DNA from: Candidatus Omnitrophota bacterium
GTDB taxonomy: Bacteria > Omnitrophota > Omnitrophia > Omnitrophales > Omnitrophaceae
Length of the DNA stretch: 64,000 nt
Direction: 5' to 3'
NCBI GenBank assembly: GCA_029561555.1
Contig: JAKQXH010000044.1
Coordinates: 9,691 to 73,690, forward strand
Below, in pieces: positions 8,723 to 19,598 of this stretch. A program made the position numbers and the translations under genes. Position 1 is the stretch's first letter. The number at the start of each line of letters is the position of its first letter. Under the pieces are notes generated by a model that made no database searches, was not told the origin of the DNA, and saw only the letters and a list, made by a program, of their open reading frames with translations.

Positions 8723-11080
8723 TCATGATGCGGTCGGGGAAGACGGACGGGTGTTTTTCTCGGGAAATGCTTTTCGATTGAAGGGGAGGGAGATCCTGAT
8801 TTGGAATAGCAACGCCAGGAATATTATTAGAAGCGTAGAAACGTAAATGACGGAAAATATTGCGATCACGTAACTGAAAATCGACATTAAACCGTTCCAG
8901 TATTTGAATTCCACAAGATGGCGCCCTTTTCCTAGCCGGACCGCTTTGAAAGCAAAATACGCTTTTTCGACCGGGACTTCTTTCCCGTCCACAAAGGCGT
9001 GCCAGCCGGGGTGCCATGCGTCGGCGTACACAAGCCAAGAACCTTTTTCCGCCGCAACAGTCACATCCAGGGACAGTTTATTCGCATTGAAATCGAGAAC
9101 GCGTATCGTTCCGTTTGCGGCCGGCGAAGGATCGGCGTTTGTGACGGTAGGCGGCAATCCGTCCCGTTTTGGCAGGAGAACGACTTGATCGATATTTGGA
9201 ATGTTGAGCAGCATCGGCCATGCCGAATTTTCATTGTCAAGATAAACGGCGTTGGGAATCAGCCGAAGTTTTGGGGATTCGATGCCGAGAATTTGCTTTA
9301 ACGCATTGTCACGCCGGAAGTTATAGATTTGTGATAGTTTGAGCGCTCCCGGCGACCACCAATCAGACCGATAGAAGGACCGGGCCGGATCCAGTTGAAT
9401 GAAATTATACATAATGGTGTGAAGGTTTTCGGGAAAGCAAGCTTGTTCCATCAGTTTGGTTGCGCGTATTTGATGATCGGAAACGGGGAGCTGGTATCTT
9501 TCGCTTTGGAAGCGCAGTGCGTTGACTTTGAAGCAACTGAGAGCCGAGTCGAACTCGGGTGCTACTTTCGGTGACTGCGCGTAAATCATCGCCTGAAACG
9601 AGAAAAGATCAAAAACAAAGGCGATCAAAAAAGCGATCGGGAACCACTGTCTTTCGGAGGTTCCGGCGGATCGGCCGGAACCGGATCGAAGCGGGAAACG
9701 CGCGAGTAAAAATGGGAGAACCAATGCTCCTGCGTAAACAAAAAGTCTGCCGATGAAAACAAAATGCCAAATTTTGATCAGTTCCGGGGTGAGAACAAAG
9801 TCGGAACGGGCCATGAGATTTTTCATGGGGAATTGTGTTGAGAGGGTTCCGAGTAATATCCAGATTGCAATAACCAAACCTGCCGAAAGAATTTTGTTGC
9901 GGGAAGACCAGAATTTTTCCCAGCCGAAACCGGCCGCGATAATGATCAAAACCTTTACAAGACCGTAAATCAGGCCAATATGACGGTAGTAGGACATGCC
10001 GGGAAGATGATAAACCATTTTGGCAAACAGTCCTCCCTGAGACAGGGCGATCAGAGCCGCAATGCAGGCGGTGATGCCCCAGAAGAGGAGATCCCTTTCT
10101 TTTAGAAGCGCCCAGGCGAAAAATAACAGCGGCAGAATTCCGATGTAAATAACGTTATCTAAAGGGCTGGCAATCAACAGGCAGGTGGGCCATCCGAAAA
10201 GGAATGAACGGATTACGTTAGTTAAACTCGGATTGCCTCCGTAGGTCAGAAAAGTATTCAAATCGGCCGTCTTTTTCAGCGAATCCCGCCCGGCTACGTT
10301 AAAGGAAACGTTCGCGAGAGAGTGCGTTTGATAATAGATCACAATGCCGGCCATCAATAAAAAGACGAAAAACGCGAGGTAATTGCCGGGGGATTTCCGG
10401 AAAAGAGATTTCCAAGCCGTCCGTTTTTGGGCGGAGAGGAAGGCGCTTAAGATCAAGAACAGATATGCCCAAAGGATCACGGCATAAACGCCGTCCAGGA
10501 ACCATGCAATGAAGGTGATGCCGCAGAGCCAGAGAAACTTCGGGTTACTTTCCTCGAAGAACCGGAGAAGGAGATAAATGGCGAGAGGGAGGAGGTAGAA
10601 AATTCTCAGGTCGAGAAAATATTGCGAATACCAAACCGTGCTTCCGATCGAGGCGAGGCACGTAAAAAGGACGGAGCTTTTTCTCCTGAAAAGCCGTGTT
10701 GAAAGGAGATACACCCCGGTTAGGAATAAGATCTGGTCAATGACAATGCTCCATTTGTAAAGCGATAAGACATCGGAAATGCGGCATAATTTTCCCAATA
10801 AAACCGCGAAATGGCTTGTTGCCGCTTGCATGAGGAAAAGAAATTCACTTGAGCCTCCAAAATTACCGTACGGAAGCCAGCCGGCAATCTGGCCGTTATG
10901 GAAGAATTCGTTATAGAAATGGAAGAAAATATGGAAGCCCACCAGGGTGTCGACCATCGGAATGAAGTTTTTTGCCAAGTAAAGGAGATTGACTCCTATC
11001 AGGACAATAAGCGAAACCAACAGGACGGGATTGATTCTTATTTTTAACAAGAGATTGCTTTGCTTTCGGAAGTGTTTCAA
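8723..11080 (-). CDS. YfhO-family membrane protein (putative GT-C glycosyltransferase)
   Basis: Many TMs; N-terminal GWLPYGNFG loop; C-terminal YfhO-type motif WLVYADAWHPGWHAFVDGKEVPV...AVRLGKGRHLVEFKY followed by a TM. TTG start. Confidence 0.75.
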   Translation of the reverse strand: MKHFRKQSNLLLKIRINPVLLVSLIVLIGVNLLYLAKNFIPMVDTLVGFHIFFHFYNEFFHNGQIAGWLPYGNFGGSSEFLFLMQAATSHFAVLLGKLCRISDVLSLYKWSIVIDQILFLTGVYLLSTRLFRRKSSVLFTCLASIGSTVWYSQYFLDLRIFYLLPLAIYLLLRFFEESNPKFLWLCGITFIAWFLDGVYAVILWAYLFLILSAFLSAQKRTAWKSLFRKSPGNYLAFFVFLLMAGIVIYYQTHSLANVSFNVAGRDSLKKTADLNTFLTYGGNPSLTNVIRSFLFGWPTCLLIASPLDNVIYIGILPLLFFAWALLKERDLLFWGITACIAALIALSQGGLFAKMVYHLPGMSYYRHIGLIYGLVKVLIIIAAGFGWEKFWSSRNKILSAGLVIAIWILLGTLSTQFPMKNLMARSDFVLTPELIKIWHFVFIGRLFVYAGALVLPFLLARFPLRSGSGRSAGTSERQWFPIAFLIAFVFDLFSFQAMIYAQSPKVAPEFDSALSCFKVNALRFQSERYQLPVSDHQIRATKLMEQACFPENLHTIMYNFIQLDPARSFYRSDWWSPGALKLSQIYNFRRDNALKQILGIESPKLRLIPNAVYLDNENSAWPMLLNIPNIDQVVLLPKRDGLPPTVTNADPSPAANGTIRVLDFNANKLSLDVTVAAEKGSWLVYADAWHPGWHAFVDGKEVPVEKAYFAFKAVRLGKGRHLVEFKYWNGLMSIFSYVIAIFSVIYVSTLLIIFLALLFQIRISLPFNRKAFPEKNTRPSSPTAS

Positions 11081-11190
11081 GTTTTTAAATATTTGAGAAG
11101 CCGGGAAGCCTCTCCCCTCCCTTATTCCTCAAGAATACGCGTAATCTTATATTTCATTCAATAGGTTGAATCGGAAAAATCGAGGGTTCC

Positions 11191-12360
11191 TCAGGGGCAA
11201 CCCTCGATTGACATAGGGGAAACTCCCCGAGGGCTCAAATATTCGGCCACGTAGGCGTCAAATTCAGCCGGGTCGAATTTCTTGCTTTTCAGCCCCTCAT
11301 CCACTGTAATTTTGAAATAATTGCGGAGAACGGAAGGCGTCAGGCTGAACATTAAATTGAGATCGTTTACGCACATCAGATAACAGGCCTTGCAGCCGTG
11401 ATCCAGGGAATGCCGGACGGCTTTCCGCATCCCGGTTTCTCTGAAATCCCACCCGTCAAATTTCCCGATGAATTGGATGCACGGATAAACTTTCCCGTCG
11501 CAATCGATGAATATCATGTGTCTCCCGCCGAAGCATTTGATGTATTCAAATTCCGGCGGATTCTTGGAGAGGATGACTTTCCGGGTGTAATCGGGCCAAT
11601 CCAGAATTTTTCGCATGACCGTCTCCGAAAAAAGGATGGGGTAGCCGCGTTTTTTATAGGCAATCAGTTTTTTGACCGCTTCCCGGTACTCGTCTACGGA
11701 GATGTCCAGGTTCTGATAATCCGCGTCGCTTTTTAAGCTCCTTTGAACGAAAAAGCCGAATTCGGTGTAAATATGAAAGCGTTTCGCGAATTCCAGGATT
11801 CCGTCTAAGGCGGCCAGATTGTTCCGGTTGACGGTGGTGTAAGTGTGAACATTCACCCCCGCTTTTTTTGCGGCTTTGATGGCTTTCATAATGGTCTCAA
11901 ATGTGCCGCTTCCGCGGTTTGAATCATTGCTGGGTTTGTTCCCGTCCCAACTGATGCAAATCGTTTTGATTTTCTTCACGGTTTCGATTTTTTTCTCAAC
12001 CAAACTTCCGTTGGTGCTGATCCCCAAAGTGATCCCCAAAGCATTGGCTTTGTCTACGATCCGGTCAATGTCTTCCCTCAGCAAGGGTTCCCCTCCGCTG
12101 AGCTGCAGAAAAGACATCCCCATCCGGGCCAATTCCTCTATGGCCGCGAGAGCTTGTTCCGTGGTGATCGGATTTTTCTCCCTTTTTCTGTTTTTGTAAT
12201 CACCGTAACAATAGGCGCAATCGAAATTGCACTGAGGGGTCAGGGAGAAAGTGACGACAAGCGGGAACGGTTTGTTGAGGGCTTTGGAATAGAGCAATCT
12301 TGAGAAGAAACGGGCCCTGGAGATCAATGTCGCGATGGGTGCTTGTTTTTGGCTGTTCAT
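11191..12360 (-). CDS. Radical SAM protein with SPASM/twitch-type auxiliary cluster domain
   Basis: CNFDCAYC, SGGEPLLR, STNG; C-terminal CFGGR...IDCDGKVYPC...CKACYLMC. Confidence 0.9.
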   Translation of the reverse strand: MNSQKQAPIATLISRARFFSRLLYSKALNKPFPLVVTFSLTPQCNFDCAYCYGDYKNRKREKNPITTEQALAAIEELARMGMSFLQLSGGEPLLREDIDRIVDKANALGITLGISTNGSLVEKKIETVKKIKTICISWDGNKPSNDSNRGSGTFETIMKAIKAAKKAGVNVHTYTTVNRNNLAALDGILEFAKRFHIYTEFGFFVQRSLKSDADYQNLDISVDEYREAVKKLIAYKKRGYPILFSETVMRKILDWPDYTRKVILSKNPPEFEYIKCFGGRHMIFIDCDGKVYPCIQFIGKFDGWDFRETGMRKAVRHSLDHGCKACYLMCVNDLNLMFSLTPSVLRNYFKITVDEGLKSKKFDPAEFDAYVAEYLSPRGVSPMSIEGCP

Positions 12361-12379
12361 CGGGTCCTCATTTTTAACT

Positions 12380-13834
12380 TTATTGTATGCAGAATTTTTC
12401 TTTAAGGAATCTTTTTATTTGCCGCCGGTTCAGAAAAATGAAGCGTCCGCTCAAAATGTCGAGTATTAAATTCGGAAAATGAGATCTTAGAAATTCCCAA
12501 TAAAAAATTTTTTCTCTCCGTCTCAGCTCTTTTTTGTCAAAATCCGGAGTCTCAACGATCGGAGCGTTGAATCGGTCGATATTTTTCCAGTAATCCGCTT
12601 GGAGATAGCCTTCCCGGACGGATTCGTCATACAGTTTGGTTCCGGGGAAAGGAGTGAAAAAGCTTGTTGCGACCATGCTGAACGGGAATTTCCGGATCAT
12701 TTTCAGGGTTTCGGAAAAACAATCTTTGTTTTCCCCCGGAATCCCCAGAATAAAAAAGCCGATAACGGGAAGTCCCGCTTGTTTGCAGGCGGTCAGGGCC
12801 CGGTAAATCGTTTCTTCGCTGAGCCCTTTTTTAATGACGTGATTCCGGATGAAAGCGCTCCCGGATTCAACGCCGATGCAAACATTGACGCAGCCCGCTT
12901 TTTTCATTAACCGGGCCAATCCCGCGTCCAAGTGATCGGCGGCGATTCCGTTGGGGGTGTTCCATTTGAATTTCAGTCCGCCGCTGAGAATCAATTCGCA
13001 TAACCGGATGATTCGGGATTTGTCGTATGTCAAATTGTCGTCCATGAAGAAGATTTCTCTCACCCGAAAGTCTTTTAGGAGAATTTTTATCTCTTCGAAG
13101 ACATTTTCGGCGCTTCTCCCTCTCCACTTGGTTCCATGAGATTGATACATGCTGCAAAAAGTGCATTTTCGGGGACAGCTTCTGCTGGTGATGATCGAAG
13201 CAGCGCGGTTTTGTCCCAGCCCGTAGAGGACGGCCGACGGGTTTTGCAGGTAGAATTCCATGGGGAGTAAGTCCCTGGCGGGGAAAGGAAGTTCGTCCAG
13301 TCTCAGGATGAATTCCGTTTTGGAGCACACTTTTATCGTGCCGTCTGCTTTATAGGCACAGCCGTCGAGTTTTATTTCTTCCGGTGACTTTCCCGACTCG
13401 ATATGGCGGACAAGAGCCAAAAAGGATTTTTCGCCTTCGCCGATTATGACGTAATCCACTTCAGGATGGGCTCCGGTTTCCCGGGGGAAAATGGTCGGAT
13501 GAATTCCTCCGATCACCGTGATAATGGTCTTGCTGATTTCTTTGGCGGATCTTGCTATCTCCAACGCGGTGTCAATCCGTAAACTGAAAGGGCAGGTAAT
13601 TCCGACGATGTCCGGCTTGAATTCTTTTATCCGATGAATAACGTCCTGTTTTGAAAGCCCGTAATGCCAGACAGCTCCGTTTTTCTTGACTTCCGAAGCT
13701 GCCGCATCCAATATGGCGGTACAATATCCGTGTTTCCGGAGATAGGCCGCCAAATAGGCGAGAGACAAAGGTTCTTTGATTAATAAATGCGGCGAGTAAT
13801 AATCGAAAGCGGGATTGATCAGCAGGATTTTCAT
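12380..13834 (-). CDS. Cobalamin-binding-domain radical SAM enzyme
   Basis: MKILLINP, PLSLAYLAAYL, GGIHPT, GEGE, TSRSCPRKCTFC, MDDNL, GVESG, TPFPGT. Confidence 0.9.
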   Translation of the reverse strand: MKILLINPAFDYYSPHLLIKEPLSLAYLAAYLRKHGYCTAILDAAASEVKKNGAVWHYGLSKQDVIHRIKEFKPDIVGITCPFSLRIDTALEIARSAKEISKTIITVIGGIHPTIFPRETGAHPEVDYVIIGEGEKSFLALVRHIESGKSPEEIKLDGCAYKADGTIKVCSKTEFILRLDELPFPARDLLPMEFYLQNPSAVLYGLGQNRAASIITSRSCPRKCTFCSMYQSHGTKWRGRSAENVFEEIKILLKDFRVREIFFMDDNLTYDKSRIIRLCELILSGGLKFKWNTPNGIAADHLDAGLARLMKKAGCVNVCIGVESGSAFIRNHVIKKGLSEETIYRALTACKQAGLPVIGFFILGIPGENKDCFSETLKMIRKFPFSMVATSFFTPFPGTKLYDESVREGYLQADYWKNIDRFNAPIVETPDFDKKELRRREKIFYWEFLRSHFPNLILDILSGRFIFLNRRQIKRFLKEKFCIQ

Positions 13835-14104
13835 GAATTGCGCGTGATGAAGTGTCTCACCCTCCCCCGGAAAACGTTTGTAAAAATACCTTGATTATAA
13901 AGATAGAAAACCGGTCCCGGCGGTTTTACCGCAGCGTCCTACGATTAGTATAAAATAACTTCGGGAGTTGTTCCAATTAAGAATTCCGGAGGAGAATGGG
14001 GCCCGGTGGAAAGATCGGGAAGGCGGCCGTCTGTGGACGGAAGAGATTTGAGGGATAACGCTTGCGGTAAATACCAAAACGATATTAGAATCTGCTATTA
14101 AAAT

Positions 14105-17014
14105 ATGAAATGGAACCTCGGGAAAACGATTTTTAAAGAACGGGTCCGACCTACAACCGGTTTCTTTCCTTCCGGCTTTTTTCAGATTATCTTCGATCTT
14201 TCCCCGCGTTATTTTTTCTGCCTGATGTTGGGAATCCTGGGGCTTCATAGAGGGGCGGCTCAGCTCCTTGAAAACGGCGGATGGATCCGCTTGAATGTGT
14301 TGACGGGAGGGCTTTCCCCTTTTTTTACGACGCAATTCCTGATTGAGGTTTTTTGTGTCCCTGCCGCCGTGACGGCGGGAATACTGATTTTCACTCTGAC
14401 GAATCAAGCTTATGCTTTTCTTAAGATGTGCCCCGGCGACTGCGTGAAAAATACGGCCGGCAGTTTTGTTATTTTGGGGATCCCTTTTCTGACCGCCTTG
14501 TCTTCCGGCCGGATCTCGCTTTTGTTTGCGGGCTTATGGGGGAGCCTTTTCCTGTACCTGGTTTCAAACGGATTGAATCTTCTAATCCTGGGGATCCGGC
14601 GGAGACATCCGCAGATGGGATCCGAAAATCTTTGGGAGGTTTCGCTGATCCTGATTTTTATTGGTTTTTATTTGCTGGGGAAAATGGGGGGCGGGAGAGT
14701 TTGTGAGGGGAGTTTTGTTTTCGTGCTAATAGGCTTTTGCTTTTTCCTTCCAATCGCTGTTTTTGCGTTTGCCTATGGGCTGTCGGCCCGTTTGGGGCGA
14801 CATTTCCTTCCCCCATTGTTTGGAAGCTATGCGGTGATACTTGCGGTCGCTTTTGGATTTCTGACTTTTGACCTTTTCCGTTTTTTTTCATCCGGCAGCC
14901 CGGTCTTACTTTCGTCTGTAGCCGCATCTCTGGCGGCGGCAGGAGGCCTGATTTTGGGCTTTCGTCTCAAAAAAAATTTTGATCCGTTGAGCGGTTTGAA
15001 CCGGATTGCCTATTTTTTGGTGGTTCCCCTGATGATGATTTGCTATTTCAGTCCCCTGATGTTCAGCGCGGATCCGGATGCTCTGGGGAACTGGGGGAAT
15101 GTGATGCATAAAACTTCCACGACCGCATTTTGGACCGCGGAACTGTTCCTGCGAGGCGGGAAATATTTTGCGCAAATCACGTCACCGGGGATCGGCTGGA
15201 TGCTTTACAACGCATTGCTGATGAAATTGTTCCGGTATGATTACGCGTTGATTGTCAATGCGAAAATGCTTGTCTATGCTTTAGGCATGACCGGTTTTTA
15301 TCTCACCATTTATGTTTTTACGGGCCGGAAAATCGTCATCCCGTGCCTGCTGCTGGGTTTGGCCGGGTACATGCCCTTCTACTACGACTATAACAACTGG
15401 GACATGTGGCAGAGATATTTGTTTTATTGGCCCGGCATGGCGGCCTGCTTTTTTTACCTGAAGCGCGACGCGGAGGGGAGAAAAACCCATTGGATTCTCT
15501 TGTCGGCGGGGTTTCTGGCAGGACTCAACCTGGCTTCGGTTTGGGATGTTGCGCTGCTGGGAGGAGTGAATCTTTTTGTCCTTTTTGCCGCCGTCAATTT
15601 TTCGAACAATCCGTTAATTGAAAAATGGAAACGAAATTTAATCTTGGCAACGGGTTTCCTAATCGGCGCGGCTCCGTTTCTTCTTTTTGTCGCACGGCAT
15701 TGCGGCCTTTTCAATTATTTTGCCTATTATCTCTATTTAATCAAAGGATGCGGGGTCTATGCTTCGGGGCGTGTTTGGGAAAATCCGAGCATGGTTTTCT
15801 GGCCGACCCTGACTCACTCATTCGTGTATTTCAACTTCATGAACATCAAAATTATCCTCTCGTGTGTCGGGGTCCTGCTCCTGGTTTACCGGCTCCTTCA
15901 AAGACAGGTCGATGTTTTCACGAAGATGCTGGCGATTTTTATTTTACAGGATCTTTTTTTTATGGTGACCCGGTTTACCGGGGGCGGGGACGGGGGGACG
16001 CTTTTTTATAAATCGGCCATGTACGGGAGCGTGATTCTTTATGCGGTATTTGCTCAGTTTTTCAGAGCAAAGAATTATTTTCCGAGCTTATGTGTTTTGT
16101 TTGCGATCGTTTTTGCGCCGAACATGATTTATCCTATTTCAAGCAGCGATTATGAAACGGATTTCGGAAAGTACGCTTTTAATCCGACCGCGTATATCAA
16201 CGCGAGGGAAAGCCTGCCGGAAAAAATACGGGGACTCTCGACCTATGACCGAAAGAAACAGGACGAACGTTTCCGGGCAGTCAATGATCGTTTCCGGGCG
16301 GTTATTCGCATGACGCCGGGGACTTATTTTGATGACAGTCTGCCGCAGATGCCGCCTGATTTCTCGGATCACATCGGAATTTTATTTTTGAGAAATTATT
16401 GGGTAAGGCAATATGCCGCAACGAAGGCCTGCGCCGGGGATTTCCGGTTTTCGGAAGATTACGGCTATTTAAAATCCAATCAGGCTGCCGAGGAATTTAT
16501 CCGATCCAACAAACGCGATATCCCCGTTTCGGCGGATGTTTTGAATCCGCCGCAGGAGACGATAGCGATTGATGTGTTTGGCGATCTGGAGGCGAGGCGT
16601 AAACAATACCGGGACCGGTATTATGACCAATGCTATAAGGGGAATAGCGTCCAGGATGTTTCAATCCTTGCCCGGATGATATTCCCCGACAAATCGGGGG
16701 TGTCGTTATCCCTTGAAAATCCGAATCCGTCCGTTTTGATGGTTGTGGATTACCCGTACTTATCAAAAAATGCCCCCGCCCGGTTTCCTCTCAACCGGGT
16801 TGAAGTCGACGGGACCGAAGCTTCCGTCTATCCGACGATCAACGGAACGCAGGCTGTTTTAATTCCGTATGGACGACATACGGTTGTTGTAAGAAACCTT
16901 GCGAAATCGAAGGCATTTATTTTGAGTCTGCTGGGAGTTATGACGTTTGCGTCGATTGCCCTTTTATTTCTTTCCCATGGCATGAGCCGCTTTTTTTCGG
17001 GGCCTTCCGACTGA
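14105..17014 (+). CDS. Large multi-pass membrane protein with a YfhO-like C-terminal domain (putative GT-C)
   Basis: 969 aa with roughly 18 or more hydrophobic segments; C-terminal VEVDGTEASVYPTINGTQAVLIPYGRHTVVV followed by a TM. Confidence 0.7.
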   Translation: MKWNLGKTIFKERVRPTTGFFPSGFFQIIFDLSPRYFFCLMLGILGLHRGAAQLLENGGWIRLNVLTGGLSPFFTTQFLIEVFCVPAAVTAGILIFTLTNQAYAFLKMCPGDCVKNTAGSFVILGIPFLTALSSGRISLLFAGLWGSLFLYLVSNGLNLLILGIRRRHPQMGSENLWEVSLILIFIGFYLLGKMGGGRVCEGSFVFVLIGFCFFLPIAVFAFAYGLSARLGRHFLPPLFGSYAVILAVAFGFLTFDLFRFFSSGSPVLLSSVAASLAAAGGLILGFRLKKNFDPLSGLNRIAYFLVVPLMMICYFSPLMFSADPDALGNWGNVMHKTSTTAFWTAELFLRGGKYFAQITSPGIGWMLYNALLMKLFRYDYALIVNAKMLVYALGMTGFYLTIYVFTGRKIVIPCLLLGLAGYMPFYYDYNNWDMWQRYLFYWPGMAACFFYLKRDAEGRKTHWILLSAGFLAGLNLASVWDVALLGGVNLFVLFAAVNFSNNPLIEKWKRNLILATGFLIGAAPFLLFVARHCGLFNYFAYYLYLIKGCGVYASGRVWENPSMVFWPTLTHSFVYFNFMNIKIILSCVGVLLLVYRLLQRQVDVFTKMLAIFILQDLFFMVTRFTGGGDGGTLFYKSAMYGSVILYAVFAQFFRAKNYFPSLCVLFAIVFAPNMIYPISSSDYETDFGKYAFNPTAYINARESLPEKIRGLSTYDRKKQDERFRAVNDRFRAVIRMTPGTYFDDSLPQMPPDFSDHIGILFLRNYWVRQYAATKACAGDFRFSEDYGYLKSNQAAEEFIRSNKRDIPVSADVLNPPQETIAIDVFGDLEARRKQYRDRYYDQCYKGNSVQDVSILARMIFPDKSGVSLSLENPNPSVLMVVDYPYLSKNAPARFPLNRVEVDGTEASVYPTINGTQAVLIPYGRHTVVVRNLAKSKAFILSLLGVMTFASIALLFLSHGMSRFFSGPSD

Positions 17015-17065
17015 ACCGGGGATTTTTCTTGGTTCTCGGGGGGTGTCCGTCAACTTGAGAAATGA

Positions 17066-18514
17066 TTATCCTTTTCCCCCGGTCATCAGGCTTCGCTTTC
17101 GCCACGCATAAATAAACACTTGCCCCCAATGCAGCCTGTTTTCGTGTTTGTTCCGGATAAAATAGCCGAGAAGAAAAAGAAGGTAAAACAAGGAATTCAG
17201 GGATTCAAGATGGACGGCCCATTTGAATGTTTTATAAGTCCAGGGATATCTGACGAAAAAGTAAAGGAGGAAATGCACATTCATGATTTTTCTTTTTTCG
17301 GGCAGATTCAGGGCGCTGGTTTTGTAGGCAAGCATGGGGATGTCCCGGATGGAGTAATCCTTACGGATCAATCCCTTCTTTTTGATGTAATCGGTAATGG
17401 CGGTCCCGGGATAGGGAATCAGCAGCATTGAGGCCGCGAGATCGGCTTTGCATTGAATGTTCAATTCAACCGTTTCGAGAGCATTGTCGAGTGTTTCATC
17501 CGGGAGGCAGAACATACTGCTGGTCCGGACGATAATCCCGTTTTCCTTGAGGACGGTCCCGCATTCGATCATTTCCGAATTCGAAATCGGTTTGTTCAGT
17601 ACCGTTCTTCGAAGCGCTTCATTACCGGTTTCAATCCCGAATGAGGCGGAATAGCAGCCTGCCTGTGCCAGTATTTTTGCCGTTTCCCGGTCGAGTATTT
17701 TGGCCCGCGTCATGCAGACAAAAGGGATTCCGACCTCTTTTTTGTATTCCGCAAGGAATTCCTTCAGCCAAATTTTGTCGAAAGTAAAAAGGTCGTCGAT
17801 AAAAAAAACGCTCGGAGAGGCATATTCCCCGATCGCGGCCAGAATTTCCCGCATGAAATTTCCGACGCTTTTGCGCCTGAGGTACCCGGTTTTGCCGATT
17901 GAATCTCTCAGGTAACTGTTGTAGCAGAAGCTGCAGGAAAACGGGCATCCTCTGCTTGAGATGAAGTAGCAGATCGCGTCCCGGCGGAGGGAAGGGTATC
18001 GCTTGAAATAAATATCCCGTGTTTCCAGAATTTCTTCCCGGTATTGAAAAAGGGGGGCCTGAGGGTTTTTGCGTATCGCGCCGCTTTCTGTTTTGTGGGC
18101 GATCCCGGGGATAGATGACCAGTCCGGCTTTTGTTTTTTTGCTTCATCAATGACGCGGCCCAGAACGGCCTCTCCGTCTCCGTAACAGGCCAGGCGGGCA
18201 TCCGTATCGGTCAGAATTTCTTCGGGAAACACTTGGGCATGGACTCCTCCGACGATTATCGGCGTTTCCGGGAATGCCCGGTGGATGCGCCTGGCGGTCT
18301 CCGAAAGCCACGAATGTTCCGTTGAAAAAACGGAAAATCCGATGATTGAAGGGCTAAGAAAGCGGAGCTTTTGAATCAAATCTTTTTCAAGGGCATCAAT
18401 CAGGATCTCGATACGACAGCCGGTTCTTTCTAGGTGGGCGTTTAGAGAGAGGATTCCGAAATAAGGCATGGGATATTGCTGAATGATCACAATATCCGGT
18501 TTTGCGGGCGTCAA
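17066..18514 (-). CDS. Cobalamin-binding-domain radical SAM enzyme
   Basis: PYFGILSL, VGGVHAQ, GDGE, SSRGCPFSCSFC, IDDLF, FGIETG, IPYPGT. TTG start. Confidence 0.9.
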   Translation of the reverse strand: MTPAKPDIVIIQQYPMPYFGILSLNAHLERTGCRIEILIDALEKDLIQKLRFLSPSIIGFSVFSTEHSWLSETARRIHRAFPETPIIVGGVHAQVFPEEILTDTDARLACYGDGEAVLGRVIDEAKKQKPDWSSIPGIAHKTESGAIRKNPQAPLFQYREEILETRDIYFKRYPSLRRDAICYFISSRGCPFSCSFCYNSYLRDSIGKTGYLRRKSVGNFMREILAAIGEYASPSVFFIDDLFTFDKIWLKEFLAEYKKEVGIPFVCMTRAKILDRETAKILAQAGCYSASFGIETGNEALRRTVLNKPISNSEMIECGTVLKENGIIVRTSSMFCLPDETLDNALETVELNIQCKADLAASMLLIPYPGTAITDYIKKKGLIRKDYSIRDIPMLAYKTSALNLPEKRKIMNVHFLLYFFVRYPWTYKTFKWAVHLESLNSLFYLLFLLGYFIRNKHENRLHWGQVFIYAWRKRSLMTGGKG

Positions 18515-18524
18515 GGCCGGCCCC

Positions 18525-19586
18525 TTACCATTTGAAAGCGATTCCGGTCCGGATGCATCGCGAGCAAATGCCGATATTGCGGCGTCCGGTGGTTTTGTGA
18601 ATCAATCGCATCGATTGGACTTTTCCGCCGTTCCATATCTGCCTGAGAGAGGTTTCGCCCGGTTTGTATTTCCCGTAAGGCCTGTCTCCGCTCCATACCG
18701 CGTAATCGCAACAGGGGAGAACCGAACCGTCCCAGTCGATGGAAAGAACCTTCCAAAGCCAATCGCAGGCCAGATCCAACGGCGGCGACAAGTTCCCTTG
18801 GGGCCGTTCGACTTGTTCCATGCCCCGGGGGTCGCCGGGGCGCACATTGAAGAAAGTGCCGAGACGTTCCGAAAATTTCCGCATCAGTTCGAGTTCGTGT
18901 CTGTTGTGTTCGTATAAAATATAATCGATCAAAACAGTGGTCGGGTTTCCTTGTTTTTGATTTAACCGGACAAACGTTTCAATGTTTTTTTTGACGGTTT
19001 CAATATCCCCGCGCCGGTGTTCGATTCGGTGAACCGGTTGGGTGAACCCGCTGACGTGGATTTTGATGAAATCCAGCCCCGCGGCGATCAGTTCGCCCGA
19101 GCGCTTTTCGTCCAGCAGGATGCCGTTTGTCGCGATCATAGTCGCGACGCGGTTTTTTGTCGAAAAAGCGATGATTTCGGCAAGCGGCCTGTAGATGAGA
19201 GGCTCGCCGTTGATGTAAGGGACGGACAGGAACAGGCGGTCTTTTACTTCGTTTAGGATTTCCTCATAGAGGGCCCGAGGCATTTGCCCTTTGGGCATGA
19301 AACCGCCGGGATTCCCGGGGTTCTGATCGTAAATGTCTCCTTGGCCGGTCCGGCAGTACACACAGGACTCATTGCATTCGTTCCAGAGCTCGAAATTAAT
19401 CATCAAAGGGGTCGGGGCCGATTTTTTCAGGCGAAGAAAATAAGCCAGGTAACAATGCAGGGCGTTCAGGATTTTTTTCGGGGTGAGTTTCCTTTTTTTC
19501 AGCAGAAAAAAGGGGATGTAGAATTTCAGGAAACGGTACTGATGCCTTCTGGCGTATCGATTTGATTCCGATCCCGTGCCGGACAT
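18525..19586 (-). CDS. Radical SAM protein with twitch/SPASM domain
   Basis: CNESCVYC, NGEPL, ATNG; C-terminal CDWLW...IDWDGSVLPCC...IWNG...CSRC. Confidence 0.9.
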   Translation of the reverse strand: MSGTGSESNRYARRHQYRFLKFYIPFFLLKKRKLTPKKILNALHCYLAYFLRLKKSAPTPLMINFELWNECNESCVYCRTGQGDIYDQNPGNPGGFMPKGQMPRALYEEILNEVKDRLFLSVPYINGEPLIYRPLAEIIAFSTKNRVATMIATNGILLDEKRSGELIAAGLDFIKIHVSGFTQPVHRIEHRRGDIETVKKNIETFVRLNQKQGNPTTVLIDYILYEHNRHELELMRKFSERLGTFFNVRPGDPRGMEQVERPQGNLSPPLDLACDWLWKVLSIDWDGSVLPCCDYAVWSGDRPYGKYKPGETSLRQIWNGGKVQSMRLIHKTTGRRNIGICSRCIRTGIAFKW

Positions 19587-19598
19587 GGTTTGTTCGGG

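Noticed and set aside
8727-9038. Long N-terminal extensions in the ORF track (also 28300-28521, 38366-38725, 39529-39768, 47442-47669)
   Set aside because: They run inside or just after upstream genes; family motifs and SD or ATGA-coupled starts begin later.
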